Positions 63,224 through 64,000 of a stretch of DNA of 64,000 nt are shown here, one piece after another. The translations under genes were made by a program, and so were the position numbers. This stretch comes from Amphiscolops sp. MND2022 (Eukaryota): positions 26,042,001 to 26,106,000 of the forward strand of contig OZ076409.1 in assembly GCA_964187785.1 (NCBI GenBank), read 5' to 3'. The notes under the pieces were generated by a model, which searched no databases, had not been told where the DNA came from, and saw only the letters and a program-made list of their open reading frames with translations. Every line of letters starts with the position of its first letter. Position 1 is the stretch's first letter.

Positions 63224-64000
63224 TGTGACAGAGTACTAAAAAGAGCAGTAAAGCTAAAAGTGAATTAAAGATAGTATTTACCAACACCTGTCAAAATGCT
63301 AGAATGAGTTACATGCCATAACATTTAGTTGCTGATGTCTTCGAATCGAGATACAGTTCGTAATACATTATTATCTCCCTTCTTTCTTTCTTTACTTGCC
63401 TCTCAGTAGTCTGTAACATGGCGCTGCGAGTAACTTCTACTGCGTCAATACAAAAAGAGAACCCTTCATTGCTACCCGGCCTGCCGCTGTTCTAGTCAAA
63501 TAGCACAAGATCCCCGTTAATGGAATGGGAACGATGGTTTGACTTGTTTGCCGAAGCAGTCGTAGCAAAACATTCAATCTCCACAAAGGAGTTGACAAGA
63601 ACCACGGATGCGAACAGTCCCATGATAAAGGCACTTATCGGGGATATGGCAGAAGAAGCGTAACTTGGCTATTCCTTTCGGTGGGAGAAACCGCTAGGAA
63701 GATGTTTAAAGATAAACACCCGGATCTGTCAGTCTGGACATTGGGAGTTCGGGAAATGATGTTTCTGTACAAAAAAAAAACAACAAAGTAACGAGTCACT
63801 AAAACAATTCTGGCACGCACTCAATGGACTGGCGTCGAGATGTGAGTTGGGCGAAATTACCCAAACGTTGGTGCATGATGTGTTCATTCTAAAAATGAAT
63901 AACAACAAAGTTCACGAAAAGTTATGCGTAGAGCCCTTCGATGACCCGCAAGATGCCCTGCAATATGCCATTTCCTATGAAGAAGGCGTCAAGAGACGAA
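63224..64000 (+). mobile_element. 5' end of a Ty3/Gypsy-like element (LTR ~63224-63418, PBS, degenerate gag)
   Basis: TGTGACAGA..TCTGTAACA followed by TGGCGCTGCGAG; gag-like EWERWFDLF and LNGLASRCELGEITQTLVHDVFI..M.N..V.EKLC.EP...AL.YAISYEEG. Confidence 0.7.

Overview
AT-rich, repeat-dense animal genomic DNA with spliceosomal introns; the lineage cannot be fixed from sequence alone. Two host genes are visible. One is a five-exon SLC7/LAT-type amino-acid transporter (+, 21141 to ~31606 or 31786). The other is a rhodopsin-like GPCR with an apparent 8th TM helix and C-terminal C-type-lectin-like domain (-, 62863-56832). Its 678-codon frame is intact only if two non-canonical GG..AG interruptions, each with hAT-like short inverted repeats, are removed. 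The centrepiece is a 14.3-kb Maverick/Polinton-type element (33235-47566; AGTAGT..ACTACT ends, 6-bp TSD ACCAGG) nested in the gag of a young Copia element. It has ~4.7-kb inverted arms and an intact 1466-aa protein-primed PolB, but no integrase, capsid, ATPase or protease. Its cargo is a divergent ribosomal protein uS5/RPS2-like ORF, a Pol III A/B-box hairpin RNA-like unit, an 83-bp satellite and a small ORF with two PP1-docking-like motifs. The rest is nested TE debris: L2/CR1-like LINE with a BEL/Pao insertion, a non-coding LTR element, a CRE-like fragment, MULE, Helentron-like HINEs, MITEs and the start of a Gypsy. There are also two abutting perfect palindromes and a 200-N gap. All family calls come from reading motifs by eye; no searches were run.
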